Positions 19,983-29,961 of a stretch of 64,000 nt of DNA are shown here, in pieces. Below the pieces are notes generated by a model that saw only the letters and a list, made by a program, of their open reading frames with translations, was not told where the DNA came from and did not search any database. A program made the position numbers and the translations under genes. Source of the DNA: an uncultured delta proteobacterium (GTDB taxonomy: Bacteria > Desulfobacterota > BSN033 > UBA1163); NCBI GenBank assembly GCA_963827685.1, contig CAWHBU010000002.1:160001-224000 (forward strand). Direction: 5' to 3'. Numbering within the stretch: position 1 is the first letter of the stretch; the number at the start of each line of letters is the position of its first letter.

Positions 19983-21110
19983 CTAAATCAACGCAAGGCT
20001 ATCGGCGACGGCGAGGCCGGTTTGCGTAGGATAGAGGCGGCCATCCTGGATAGAGATAAGGCCTTCTTCCCGAAGCTTGTCTATAATTTCCTTTTTTTCA
20101 GCGAAGAGATCGTAGTCATACCGGTTCTTAAAATCATGAAGGGAGACTCCTTTTTTCGTCCGGAGACCAAGGTAGAGCGCCTCCAATCTCAGCTGCTCCA
20201 TCGTCAGGATTTCTATCTCTTCAACAGGAAGATTCCCCGCGTTAATTGCAGCGAGGTATTGATCAAGGGAACGATGGTTCCACCAGCGCCGATTGGGCTG
20301 GAAGGAGTGGGCCGAAGGACCAAGACCAAGGTAAGGGGAGTGGTCCCAATATTTTTGATTGTGTCGGGAGGAATATTTTGTTCCCCTTGCAAAGTTCGAT
20401 ACTTCATAATGGATATACCCGGCATCTTCCAGAAACTCAGACGTCTTTATAAAAAAATCATACTGCAATTCTTCTCCGGGCATGAGGAACTCTCCGGCCT
20501 GGTACCTTATCCCCAAAGGGGTTTTCGCCCCGAGCGTTAATTGATAACAGGAGAGATGCTCCGGTGAAAAGGCGACGGCCTGTCTCAAGGTATTCAGCCA
20601 TGAGTTCATGTCTTGTCCAGGAACGCCGTAGATCAGATCGAGTCCCATATTTTGAAACCCAGCCTTTCTTGAGGTCTCAATGGCTGAAATCGCCTGCTTT
20701 GCAGAATGCCTTCTACTCAAGAAGTCCAACACTTTATCATCAAAAGATTGGATTCCGATGTTGATTCGATTGATTCCCATCTCACGCATCGATTCAAGCA
20801 AAGATTGATGGAGGTCAGCCGGGTTCGTCTCGACAGTTATTTCCGTGTCCGCCATGAGATCGAAGTTTTTCTGCACACCCGTCACGATGTCTTTTAGCTG
20901 TTGGGGGCTGAGAAGGGAAGGGGTTCCGCCTCCAATGTAGAGCGTATCAAAAATATCGAACCTGTTACGGTACACCTCCATCTCTTTGAAAAGGGCTTTT
21001 AGAAAATCAGGGATAGCAGAGATAGATGTTAACGAATAAAAATCACAGTAGTGACATTTGCTAAAGCAAAAGGGAATGTGAATGTAGAGACCGGGAGTTT
21101 TTGAGAGCAT
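19983..21110 (-). CDS. hemW: Radical SAM heme chaperone HemW (HemN-like)
   Basis: YIHIPFCFSKCHYCDF, GGGTPS, YEVSNF, HNQKYW; downstream of lepA. Confidence 0.9.
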   Translation of the reverse strand: MLSKTPGLYIHIPFCFSKCHYCDFYSLTSISAIPDFLKALFKEMEVYRNRFDIFDTLYIGGGTPSLLSPQQLKDIVTGVQKNFDLMADTEITVETNPADLHQSLLESMREMGINRINIGIQSFDDKVLDFLSRRHSAKQAISAIETSRKAGFQNMGLDLIYGVPGQDMNSWLNTLRQAVAFSPEHLSCYQLTLGAKTPLGIRYQAGEFLMPGEELQYDFFIKTSEFLEDAGYIHYEVSNFARGTKYSSRHNQKYWDHSPYLGLGPSAHSFQPNRRWWNHRSLDQYLAAINAGNLPVEEIEILTMEQLRLEALYLGLRTKKGVSLHDFKNRYDYDLFAEKKEIIDKLREEGLISIQDGRLYPTQTGLAVADSLALI

Positions 21111-21120
21111 ATTAAACCAG

Positions 21121-21211
21121 AGGTTAAGGTTCAGGTTGAGGTTGAGATAAGAGAACCAAGGTCAAGGTTGAAGGTTAAGGTTTTCTTAACCTTAGCCTTA
21201 ATCTCAACCTG
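21121..21211. repeat. Hexamer-periodic palindromic element (AGGTTN repeats followed by NAACCT repeats)
   Basis: aggtta aggttc aggttg aggttg ... ttaacc ttagcc ttaatc tcaacc; related copy at 43344-43405. Confidence 0.75.
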
Positions 21212-21215
21212 CTTT

Positions 21216-23015
21216 TTAGTTGTCCGTGTTCGTTTTCAAAACAGCTAAGAAGGCACTCTGAGGGATGGACACCGACCCGATTGTCTTCATCCTCTTTTTA
21301 CCTTTCTTCTGCTTCTCTAAGAGCTTTCGCTTACGGGTAATGTCGCCTCCGTAGCACTTTGCCGTCACATCCTTACGAAAGGGAGAAATTGTCGTACGGG
21401 CTATGATCTCTCCTCCGATGGCTCCTTGAATCGCTATTTTAAACATCTGTCGAGGAATTTCTTCCTTTAATCTTTCGCAGGCTCGCAGGGCACGGGCACG
21501 GGCTTGATCACGATGGACAATTTGCGACAGGGCATCGACTTTCTCGCCGTTGACCAGGATGTCCACCAGGACCAGGGTACTCTCTCTGTAGTCGAGGACC
21601 TCGTAATCAAAGGACCCGTATCCCTGGGTGACGGATTTGAAACGATCATAAAAATCATAAATCACGTCGGCCAGAGGCATCTCATAAGTCAACTCTACGC
21701 GGCCCGGGCCCAGGTAGTTGAGCTTCGAGTTTTCACCTCGCTTCTCCATGCAGAGTTTCATCACAACGCCGAGATATCTTTCCGGCATGAGCAGGGTGGC
21801 ACGAATATAGGGCTCTTCTCCTTTATCAATGGAGACAGGATCCGGGTAGTGAGCGGGATTGTCAACGAACTCGACGCTTCCGTCTTTCAATGTAAACCGA
21901 TAACGGACGCTCGGGACGGAAAGAATGATGGAAAGATCATATTCCCGTTCCACCCTTTCCTGGACGATTTCGAGATGAAGGAGACCGAGAAATCCGCACC
22001 GGAAGCCCTGTCCCAAGGCAATTGAGGAATCTTTCTGATAGACAAAGGCCGAATCATTCAACTTATATTTTTCAAGGGCAACGGCAAGGTCTTCATAGTC
22101 CTCAGGAGCAATGGGATAGATGGAAGAGAAGACCACCGGCTTGAATTCCTTAAAGCCGGGGAGGGATTTGTCACAAGGTTGGTCATCGAGGGTAATCGTA
22201 TCGCCGATGTGCACGTCCGACACGGTCTTGACACTTGCAAAAATATAACCCACCTCTCCGGCGGAGATCTTGTCACGTTTTTCTCTGGCGAGCAGGAATC
22301 GCCCCACTTCCTCGACCTTGTAAGTCGCCTGATTGGACATCAAGCGAATGATATCTCCATTCTTCACGGTTCCATTAAAGACGCGGCAGTGGATCACCGT
22401 TCCACGAAAAGAATCATACTGGGCATCGAAGATCAGGGCAGCCAGCGGTCCTTTCGGGTCCCCTTTCGGAGGAGGGATTCTTTTAACAATGGCCTCCAGA
22501 ATTTCTTCGATACCTATTCCTTCTTTGGCCGAGCATTTTAGATAACTAAAAGGATCCAATCCCAACTCCGAGTCGATCTGTTCAACCACCCGTTCCACAT
22601 CTGCCGTGGGAAGATCGATCTTGTTGATGACCGGGATGATTTCTAGGTTATTTTCCATGGCTAAATAAAGATTGGCAATCGTCTGAGCCTGCACGCCCTG
22701 AGCCGCATCAATCAGAAGAAGGACGCCTTCGCAAGATGCCAGGGAGCGAGAAACCTCATAAGAAAAGTCCACATGACCCGGTGTGTCGATTAAATTGAGA
22801 ACATACTCCTCTCCATCTCTAGCATGATAGGGAAGGGCAATGGCCTGACTCTTGATGGTGATCCCTCGCTCGCGCTCGATGTCCATATTATCCAGAATCT
22901 GATCCTTGAAGTTTCGTTCATCGACCATGCCGGTGTATTGAATGAAGCGGTCCGCAAGGGTCGATTTTCCGTGATCAATGTGTGCGATGATGCTAAAGTT
23001 TCGGATGTTTTTCAT
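21216..23015 (-). CDS. lepA: Translation elongation factor 4 (LepA)
   Basis: IRNFSIIAHIDHGKSTLADR, DTPGHVDF, GFRCGFLGLLH, KCYGGDITRKRKLLEKQK. Confidence 0.99.
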   Translation of the reverse strand: MKNIRNFSIIAHIDHGKSTLADRFIQYTGMVDERNFKDQILDNMDIERERGITIKSQAIALPYHARDGEEYVLNLIDTPGHVDFSYEVSRSLASCEGVLLLIDAAQGVQAQTIANLYLAMENNLEIIPVINKIDLPTADVERVVEQIDSELGLDPFSYLKCSAKEGIGIEEILEAIVKRIPPPKGDPKGPLAALIFDAQYDSFRGTVIHCRVFNGTVKNGDIIRLMSNQATYKVEEVGRFLLAREKRDKISAGEVGYIFASVKTVSDVHIGDTITLDDQPCDKSLPGFKEFKPVVFSSIYPIAPEDYEDLAVALEKYKLNDSAFVYQKDSSIALGQGFRCGFLGLLHLEIVQERVEREYDLSIILSVPSVRYRFTLKDGSVEFVDNPAHYPDPVSIDKGEEPYIRATLLMPERYLGVVMKLCMEKRGENSKLNYLGPGRVELTYEMPLADVIYDFYDRFKSVTQGYGSFDYEVLDYRESTLVLVDILVNGEKVDALSQIVHRDQARARALRACERLKEEIPRQMFKIAIQGAIGGEIIARTTISPFRKDVTAKCYGGDITRKRKLLEKQKKGKKRMKTIGSVSIPQSAFLAVLKTNTDN

Positions 23016-23138
23016 GGATCTATTTTAGAAATCCGGGTTATTTCTCAGAGTTGTCTTAAAGGATTTACGGAATCTCTCGGAGAAATTAAATAGTTATAAC
23101 CTAAATTGAGCGATTCTACGATTGAATCGTTCAAGATT

Positions 23139-23198
23139 GTCATTCCCGCGGAGGCGGGAATTCAGAAAATGCTGGATTCCCATTTTCACGGGAATGAC
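23139..23198. repeat. GTCATTCCC...GGGAATGAC REP-like double hairpin
   Basis: gtcattcccgcggaggcgggaat...ctggattcccattttcacgggaatgac: two ATTCCC-N-GGGAAT units in inverted arrangement. Confidence 0.75.
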
Positions 23199-23332
23199 AC
23201 CTTAAGTGTTTGGATGCAATTATCGGTCAAATTCTTAATTTGGACAAAAGTGATATGTAGTGAAAAGTGCAGCCTGACGCCCTTCTGTCATTATGAGAAG
23301 TTGAAAGAAGATTTATTTTTTTCCCTTTGCTG

Positions 23333-23433
23333 TAGAACAAGGAAGGTTGACTTAGAAACTGCATGTCAATTTTAAGTCAACTTTACTTGACTTATATGAG
23401 AAAATATAATATAAGTCAAAATAAGTTGTCTTA
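23333..23433 (+). promoter_or_regulatory. Sigma70-like promoter of the fic gene overlapped by three TAAGTCAA-N6-TTGACTTA operator-like palindromes
   Basis: Sites at 23333-23354 (degenerate left arm), 23373-23394 and 23412-23433; TTGACT(23387)-N17-TATAAG(23410). Confidence 0.65.
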
Positions 23434-23458
23434 GATGAAAGCATAGAGGGAATGTCGT

Positions 23459-24616
23459 ATGGATGGAAGAGCAGGGACATTTGTAATGCAGCCAGGTGGT
23501 TATAAGGCGTTTATTCCTAACCCTTTACCTCCTTCCCCACCTATTCGGTACGATGAGAAATTGCAGTTATTGCTTTCGAAAGCAGATAGGGCCCTTGCAA
23601 GATTAGACGGGATTACAACTGTTTTGCCTAATCCAGATCTTTTTATTGCTATGTATGTGAAAAAAGAGGCTCTTCTGAGTTCTCAGATTGAAGGAACCCA
23701 AGCATCCCTTGAAGGAGTTCTAGAATTTGAGGCGGATTTAATTCCCAAAGAAAATGTAAATGAGATACAGGAGGTGATTAATTACGTAAGAGCGCTGACT
23801 TATGGAATTGAAAGGCTTAAAGAGCTTCCCATGTCTTTGAGACTCATTAAAGAAATTCACAGAATCCTACTTGAAGAAACAAGAGGCGCCCATAGAAATC
23901 CTGGAGAATTTAGAAAATCTCAAAATTGGATTGGCCCTCCCGGTGCCTCTTTAACCGAGGCCATATATGTTCCTCCACCACCTGAAGCGGTGTTACCTAC
24001 AATGGGGGACCTCGAAATATTTTTTCATCGTAAAAACAATAATATTCCTCCTCTGGTTAAAATCGCTTTAATCCATTCTCAATTTGAAACAATCCATCCC
24101 TTTTTAGATGGAAATGGAAGAATTGGAAGGCTTCTCATCACGTTTTATCTTTTTTGGCAGGAAATCCTGTCCAAACCACTTTTGTATTTGAGCTTTTATC
24201 TAAAAAAGAACAGAGCTGAATATTATGATTTGCTGATGAAAGTACGATTAAAAGGAGGATGGGAAGATTGGATAACATTTTTTCTTAAAGGTATTAGTGA
24301 AACCTCAGAAGAAGCAGCGAAGACTGCCAGAGAGGTCATCCAATTAAAGGAAGATTTGTTAACAAGACTTCATAAAAATTCTATCTCAAGTGTTTATAGC
24401 GTTAAACTCATAGACCTGCTTTTTCAAACCCCATTAGTAAATGTTAAAGATGTCTCTGGAAAATTGAATATTTCAAAAGAGGCGGCAAATGAACTGGTTA
24501 AGAAATTTGAGAAGGTAGGTGTCTTAAAAGAAATAACGGGCAAACAAAGATATAAGAAATATAGCTTTAAGGAATATATCGAGATTATAGCAAGGGGGAC
24601 AAAGGATAAATCATAA
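23459..24616 (+). CDS. Fic family protein with C-terminal HTH
   Basis: SSQIEG inhibitory-type motif, HPFLDGNGRIGR catalytic motif, C-terminal winged-helix-like segment. Confidence 0.95.
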   Translation: MDGRAGTFVMQPGGYKAFIPNPLPPSPPIRYDEKLQLLLSKADRALARLDGITTVLPNPDLFIAMYVKKEALLSSQIEGTQASLEGVLEFEADLIPKENVNEIQEVINYVRALTYGIERLKELPMSLRLIKEIHRILLEETRGAHRNPGEFRKSQNWIGPPGASLTEAIYVPPPPEAVLPTMGDLEIFFHRKNNNIPPLVKIALIHSQFETIHPFLDGNGRIGRLLITFYLFWQEILSKPLLYLSFYLKKNRAEYYDLLMKVRLKGGWEDWITFFLKGISETSEEAAKTAREVIQLKEDLLTRLHKNSISSVYSVKLIDLLFQTPLVNVKDVSGKLNISKEAANELVKKFEKVGVLKEITGKQRYKKYSFKEYIEIIARGTKDKS

Positions 24617-25322
24617 AGAGAGGTTGAAAGAAGACTCGACTGTTAGATATGCTTTAAGTAACATAGAAAAACCCCCATTTTGCAATATACAACATTATGC
24701 CACATAATACCACATTCAATTTATTGCATTCAATTTATTGCAATTCAGACACTAAAAGGTCTGAGGTTAGGGTGGAGAGGCGGTTTAGGGTGTAAAGAGC
24801 TTCTGCTGCCCTGGGCGGGGGCGTTGGTTAAAATTCTATGATTGTGTTGTGGAGAGATGCTCCTGTAAGAGGAGAGGGATTTTTGTTGCCCTCAGGGACG
24901 TAGGTTCTAAAACAACTTGGCGATTGAAGCAAAATAACTGTCAGGCCTTGAAAGATGAATCAAGGTCAAAGACGGTTTCAAATAATTTCTTCTCGTGAAC
25001 CACGAGAAAGAGTGCGAGCAAGTCTATTTTATTAGCATTCTCTCAAGTCTTATCACAAGACGTTCGTATCTAAGTGGTGCCTCTGTCCGTTCATCACGTC
25101 TTAAGCCCCTGCTTCTTTCTCACAAAATCCATCCAACCGCTACTTTCGCAATTGCGGACTTCATGCAAAAGCTTATGTCTCCCCGTAACTGGAGTCAAGA
25201 ATCAAGTTTTGTTAGGGAGAAGTCACTTCCAAATCTGACGGTGTTTGTTAATCCAAGTGGAAGTGTGCCTGTGCTTGAAATGAGAATTGAAAGGGTTAGA
25301 TTTGCTAATCTATTGTCAAACG

Positions 25323-25730
25323 TTATGAACCCGGCGTGATTATTTTAAGCTTTGGGAAATAGGTTCGATAGCGAGCGATATCCCTGGTTAGCAGAGGGAT
25401 TCCAACAACAGCGGCATGGGCTCCGATAAAAAAATCAGGGAGGGGAGAGCTTTTCTTTCCTCTTCTCCGGCGATATGCTAAAAAGCATTTGGCCGCGAGG
25501 AAGGCCGCCTCCCATGGAATGGGGTCCCGTCGGAAAAAAGCCGAAGGCAATACTTCCTCTACATCCTCAATTCGATCAAATCCTACTGATACCTCTGCAT
25601 AAATAATCGGATTGATGACCAGGGTATGGTTCTCAGCATACTTTGCAAGTGCTTGGGAGGACCAAGGAAACCATTTCTTATCTTCTGTTACGATATCCAG
25701 AATGACATTGCTATCCACAAGGATGTCCAT
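25323..25730 (-). CDS. vapC: VapC PIN-domain toxin
   Basis: LVDSNVILD, IIYAEV, PDFFIGAHA, LLTRD. Confidence 0.93.
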   Translation of the reverse strand: MDILVDSNVILDIVTEDKKWFPWSSQALAKYAENHTLVINPIIYAEVSVGFDRIEDVEEVLPSAFFRRDPIPWEAAFLAAKCFLAYRRRRGKKSSPLPDFFIGAHAAVVGIPLLTRDIARYRTYFPKLKIITPGS

Positions 25731-25733
25731 GGG

Positions 25734-25958
25734 TTACCCTCGGGTCAGCGCTAAAATCTCATCCGTCGTCATCTTGACTGTTGCTTTCCGACGCATTTGG
25801 TTGATCAGATGACGACTCCGTTTCGATGAAAATTCTACTCTCTCCAAGAAAACGGTATTTCCTGTTATCTTGAACTTCACTTCTGTATCTGGGAGGAATC
25901 CCATCTTCTCCCGAATTTCAATGGGGATCGTGACCTGACCTTTTGATGTGATACGCAT
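25734..25958 (-). CDS. AbrB/MazE/SpoVT-family antitoxin
   Basis: MRITSKGQVTIP.EIR; AGGAGG RBS; 3 nt upstream of vapC. Confidence 0.93.
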   Translation of the reverse strand: MRITSKGQVTIPIEIREKMGFLPDTEVKFKITGNTVFLERVEFSSKRSRHLINQMRRKATVKMTTDEILALTRG

Positions 25959-26071
25959 CGCCGACCTCCTTTCTGATTCTTACTTGTATTATTCTTACAT
26001 AAGGTATTGAAAAAATCAACCCTTATTAGATTTCTCTTGGTTCAATTAAACAAATTCCCGTCTAATTCGCT

Positions 26072-27607
26072 TCACGTGGGATGGGGTATATGGAATCCAT
26101 CACAAAAGAACGGGGCGTGGTTGGAGGTGAATACAGGTGGATCTCTTCTCAAAATCGACGCAACGGCAGGATGTCTCTTGAATTCCTTGTCCAGGAATTG
26201 CCTGATCAATTGCCTGCTCCATCCCTTCGGATGATCGAAGCTCGTATAAAGGGAAAGGTCCCCTTCATAAAAGGTTTTTGTCTCCATCTGTTGGACTTCC
26301 GGCCCATAGATCGGCATATTGAAAATGGCAAGATTCAAGAACCCAATGCAGTCCTGATGTTTAACAACAAACTCAAGGGTTCTTCGGGCTTCTATCAGTC
26401 CTTCGGGAGGAGTTCCAAAAAGAAGATAGACATAGGTGGAAATTCCTACCTTTTTCAGATTTTTTAAAGCGGATGAAGCTTCCTCAAGATTGATTCCCTT
26501 TTGCATGGAGTCGAGCACAGTTTGGTCTCCTGATTCCAGACCGAGTTTCAACATCACACATCCTGATTGCTTCAGGGCCAGACAGAAATCCGGATCAATC
26601 AAATGGCGGGTAATCCTGGCAAAGCCGTACCATGGCGCACCCGGAGGATGTTCGGAAATTGCCTTCATCAGTGACGGACTGATCGCGTTATCCAGAAAAT
26701 GGATAAGAACCGGCTTATTTTTATCGACCAGGTGGAGAAGATCATCGATCGCCTCCTCAACAGGAATGGCATGATAAGAATTTCCCTCGGCCCTTTCCGG
26801 ACAAAATGAGCACTTATTCCAATAACATCCGCTTGAGGAACCGTAGGGGAGAATTGGCCCGGGGGCAAAGTAGTCTCTTACAGGGAAAGAATCATAGTTG
26901 GGCCTGAAATGATTATCTCCAAACTGTAATACTCCCATGAGCGAAAGCAAAGAGGCTTCTCCCGGTCCGGCCACAAGATGATCCACGAGCCCCTTAAAGG
27001 GGTTTTGCCAGTGAGGGTTTCTCATCCATGAAGTCACAAGCCCTCCGCCCAAAACCAATTTTACTCTGGGGTACGCTCGCCAGAGAAAACCAATCATTGC
27101 GAACGTGCACAGGGCCTGGGTTAAATAATTAAGCGAAACTCCGATGATCGAAGGTTGCTCACTCTTCAAATAATCAGTGAGCCGTTTTTTAAAATAGGGA
27201 TAGAAGGGATTGTTTTCCGGATTTTCTGCGGCTCTGATAAGATCTGCGCTCCTTGCGGGAGAGAGTTCTTCATGCTGATAATTCGCCAAACCGAGACGGA
27301 CACGACTGGAACGTGCCGCCATCTCGAGAAGCCGGTTCAGATCCTTAATGGCCCGGCGATAACGGCCGTTATCCTGGTAGGCGTCCCAACAGTTCAACGA
27401 AGTGAGATGTCTGGAAAGATGACGCGCTGCCCGGGAAGTCCAGGTATCCGATGACGCAGGTAGAGTGTTCAGGAGGCTGAGAAGACCCTCTAAATTCGCA
27501 TCCAAAACCCTGTATCTTACTTGGTGGTGATTCAGGGCACCGCAGAGTTTAGCTATACCCGCTGGAGGCTCACATGGTTTGGCAACAGGAGGGTAGATGA
27601 GAATCAT
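26072..27607 (-). CDS. Cobalamin-binding-domain radical SAM protein
   Basis: LIYPP N-terminus, VLGGG, GPGE, GCYWNKCSFC, GLESG, LLFGTP. Confidence 0.85.
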   Translation of the reverse strand: MILIYPPVAKPCEPPAGIAKLCGALNHHQVRYRVLDANLEGLLSLLNTLPASSDTWTSRAARHLSRHLTSLNCWDAYQDNGRYRRAIKDLNRLLEMAARSSRVRLGLANYQHEELSPARSADLIRAAENPENNPFYPYFKKRLTDYLKSEQPSIIGVSLNYLTQALCTFAMIGFLWRAYPRVKLVLGGGLVTSWMRNPHWQNPFKGLVDHLVAGPGEASLLSLMGVLQFGDNHFRPNYDSFPVRDYFAPGPILPYGSSSGCYWNKCSFCPERAEGNSYHAIPVEEAIDDLLHLVDKNKPVLIHFLDNAISPSLMKAISEHPPGAPWYGFARITRHLIDPDFCLALKQSGCVMLKLGLESGDQTVLDSMQKGINLEEASSALKNLKKVGISTYVYLLFGTPPEGLIEARRTLEFVVKHQDCIGFLNLAIFNMPIYGPEVQQMETKTFYEGDLSLYTSFDHPKGWSRQLIRQFLDKEFKRHPAVASILRRDPPVFTSNHAPFFCDGFHIPHPT

Positions 27608-27690
27608 GTGCTTGATGATCGTATCATTGGATACTTACTTATTGAAATTTGAGAATTTATCTCTAACATTTAAACCAATTTCCCTAAGAG

Positions 27691-27786
27691 CCTCCCCTCC
27701 CCACCGTGGGAGGGGATGAAGGGGAGGGGGAGCCAATCGATTTTGTCCACCCCCACCCTGACCCTCCCCCATCGAAGGGGGAGGGA
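27691..27786. repeat. CCCTC-type REP-like double hairpin
   Basis: cccctccccaccgtgggagggg...cacccccaccctgaccctcccccatcgaagggggaggg; same family at 39132, 40031, 42713, 50101. Confidence 0.75.
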
Positions 27787-27931
27787 ATATACAGGGAAGA
27801 TTTCAAATATCTTTGGTTGGAATTTACCTCATTAGAAATAATGCCCCGCTCGGTTTTGAGCCGTTCGACTGTGCTCACGGCGACTGCAATTTCTAAGGGG
27901 GTTTACTTGGACCCGGCAAGACGGTTTTTTA

Positions 27932-29716
27932 CTAAAATGGATATTTTCCCACTTTGATCACGGCATCCGCAATCTCCCTTCTGAGCATCACTGTGTTGAC
28001 GGGAGCAAAACGAGTCAGTTTCTTGAGAGCGGACAACTGGGTCCTGAGTGTATCCCGCTCGGCGATCGCTGACAGGCTCTGCTTTGCACATCCTTCCACC
28101 CGCTCGAAGGCATCATTCACATAGACCTTTGTCATGGCCCTCTGAAGTTGGAAACTCTCATCTCCTGCTTTTTCCATTGTCTTCAACGTTCGCAGCAGGC
28201 CGCTTTCCATTGCGAAGACCTCAATCGCCATATCGCTGATCAAACCCACGATCTCCTGTTCCTCTGCCAGCTGCATCCTATACTTCTGAATCGCTGCTCC
28301 TGTGACCAGAAGGGCAATCTTCTTTGACATCTCCACCATTTCCTTCTGCATGCTCAACTTCTCATCATCCATTTCCACTTTCAGCTGGAGGGTAGGGAGT
28401 TCATTTGCGACCTTCTGCTCTGCATCGAGCATGGGGAGGCGATTCTTCATGGCGCGCTTTACCAGCATATCCATGATGAGGAGACGATTAATCTCATTTG
28501 TCCCCTCCACAATTCGACTGATGCGTGAATCTCGATACCCCCGCTCAACAGGATACTCATGGATATATCCGTACCCTCCGTGGATCTGGACAGCTTCGTC
28601 GGCAACATATCCCGCCGTCTCCGAACAAAAGATCTTATTGATCGAATCTTCAATGTTATACTCCTCAATCCCCTTCGCCATCTGAATCCCAACATCTTCA
28701 GCATGCCGGTCAATACGCCGGAGAATAAGATCGGTCAGGCCTGCGGTGCGGTAAATCATGCTCTCCATGACAAAACATCGAATCGCCATCTCTCCAATCT
28801 TCTGTTTGATCAGACCGAATTCGGCAATCGGCCGACCGAACTGAACCCTCTGTTTTGCGTACATTACCGCTTCCTGCAGGGCTTTCTTCGATCCCCCCAG
28901 ACAACCTGCACCCAAGGTGAAACGAGCAATATTCAGGACGTTTAAAGCCACGATATGGCCCCTACCAATCTCGCCGAGAAGATTCTCCACCGGGACCTTC
29001 ACATTGGTGAAGATTACGCTTCGGGTCGAGGAGCCTTTCATCCCCATCTTATTCTCTTCTTCATCCAGCGAAACCCCTTCGAAAATCCGCTCGACAATGA
29101 AGGCGGTGAATTTTTCTCCATTCACCTTGGCATAGGTGACGAAGGTATCGGCAATGCCTGCATTAGTGATGAACTGCTTCTGGCCATTCAGAATGTAAAA
29201 TTTTCCATCAGGGCTGAGAGTAGCCGTCGTCTTGGCGTTCAGGGCATCCGAACCGGCTTCGGGCTCTGTCAGGGCATATGCGCCAATGAACTCTCCTGTG
29301 GCCAACTTGGGTAGATAACGGATCTTCTGGCCCTGATTGCCAAAGAGGACGATGGGAAGAGAACCAGGGCCGGTATGGACGGAATAGGCAGCCATAAAGG
29401 ATCCTCCTCCGCGAGACAGGTTCTCCATCAACAGGATGACACTGACCTTATCCAAATCCTGCCCTCCATACTCCTCGGCAATGTCTCCAGATAGGAACCC
29501 TAATTCTCCTGCTTTCCTGAGCAGGCTTGGGACGAGCCCCTCTTTCTTCTCTTCAATATCGTCGGCTACCGGTAGAACCTCACCTACTACAAATTCCGTA
29601 GCCGCCTTTGCAATCAGCCGATGCTCTTCAGTAAAATCCTCAGGCGTAAAGATTTCCTGAGGCGAAATCGATTTGATCAAAAATTCTCCCCCTTTAATAT
29701 ACTTCGATTGTTCCAT
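27932..29716 (-). CDS. Acyl-CoA dehydrogenase (long FadE/AcdA type)
   Basis: KGGEFL, AYALTEPEAGSDA, NGQKQFITN, KMGMKGSST, QIHGGYGY, EGTNEI; start at MEQSK after GGAGG. Confidence 0.94.
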   Translation of the reverse strand: MEQSKYIKGGEFLIKSISPQEIFTPEDFTEEHRLIAKAATEFVVGEVLPVADDIEEKKEGLVPSLLRKAGELGFLSGDIAEEYGGQDLDKVSVILLMENLSRGGGSFMAAYSVHTGPGSLPIVLFGNQGQKIRYLPKLATGEFIGAYALTEPEAGSDALNAKTTATLSPDGKFYILNGQKQFITNAGIADTFVTYAKVNGEKFTAFIVERIFEGVSLDEEENKMGMKGSSTRSVIFTNVKVPVENLLGEIGRGHIVALNVLNIARFTLGAGCLGGSKKALQEAVMYAKQRVQFGRPIAEFGLIKQKIGEMAIRCFVMESMIYRTAGLTDLILRRIDRHAEDVGIQMAKGIEEYNIEDSINKIFCSETAGYVADEAVQIHGGYGYIHEYPVERGYRDSRISRIVEGTNEINRLLIMDMLVKRAMKNRLPMLDAEQKVANELPTLQLKVEMDDEKLSMQKEMVEMSKKIALLVTGAAIQKYRMQLAEEQEIVGLISDMAIEVFAMESGLLRTLKTMEKAGDESFQLQRAMTKVYVNDAFERVEGCAKQSLSAIAERDTLRTQLSALKKLTRFAPVNTVMLRREIADAVIKVGKYPF

Positions 29717-29961
29717 GACATCCTCCAACTATCTCAGGCGGGAAGCGGTAATCGACCCAGCCAAGATGATGGCAGAGGGATGTTACTCCTCAGCCACGAC
29801 TTTCGTTCAGGGGTTACGTAAGCATGAATGGAGTGGGAGCGGACTTCGCGTCAGTTGTCATATGCTGCGGCACATGATTTTGAATATCGTCACCTTGGCC
29901 GTCGCCGCCATATTGAAAGCCCCTTGTATTTTTCTCTCAGCCAAAACTGGTCTTCTGGCAA

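Noticed and set aside
23106-23375. 89-aa ORF containing VIPAEAGIQ
   Set aside because: It is a translation of the GTCATTCCC repeat and operator region.
24995-25339. 114-aa plus-strand ORF
   Set aside because: No RBS or motif, and it overlaps the vapC end; likely spurious.
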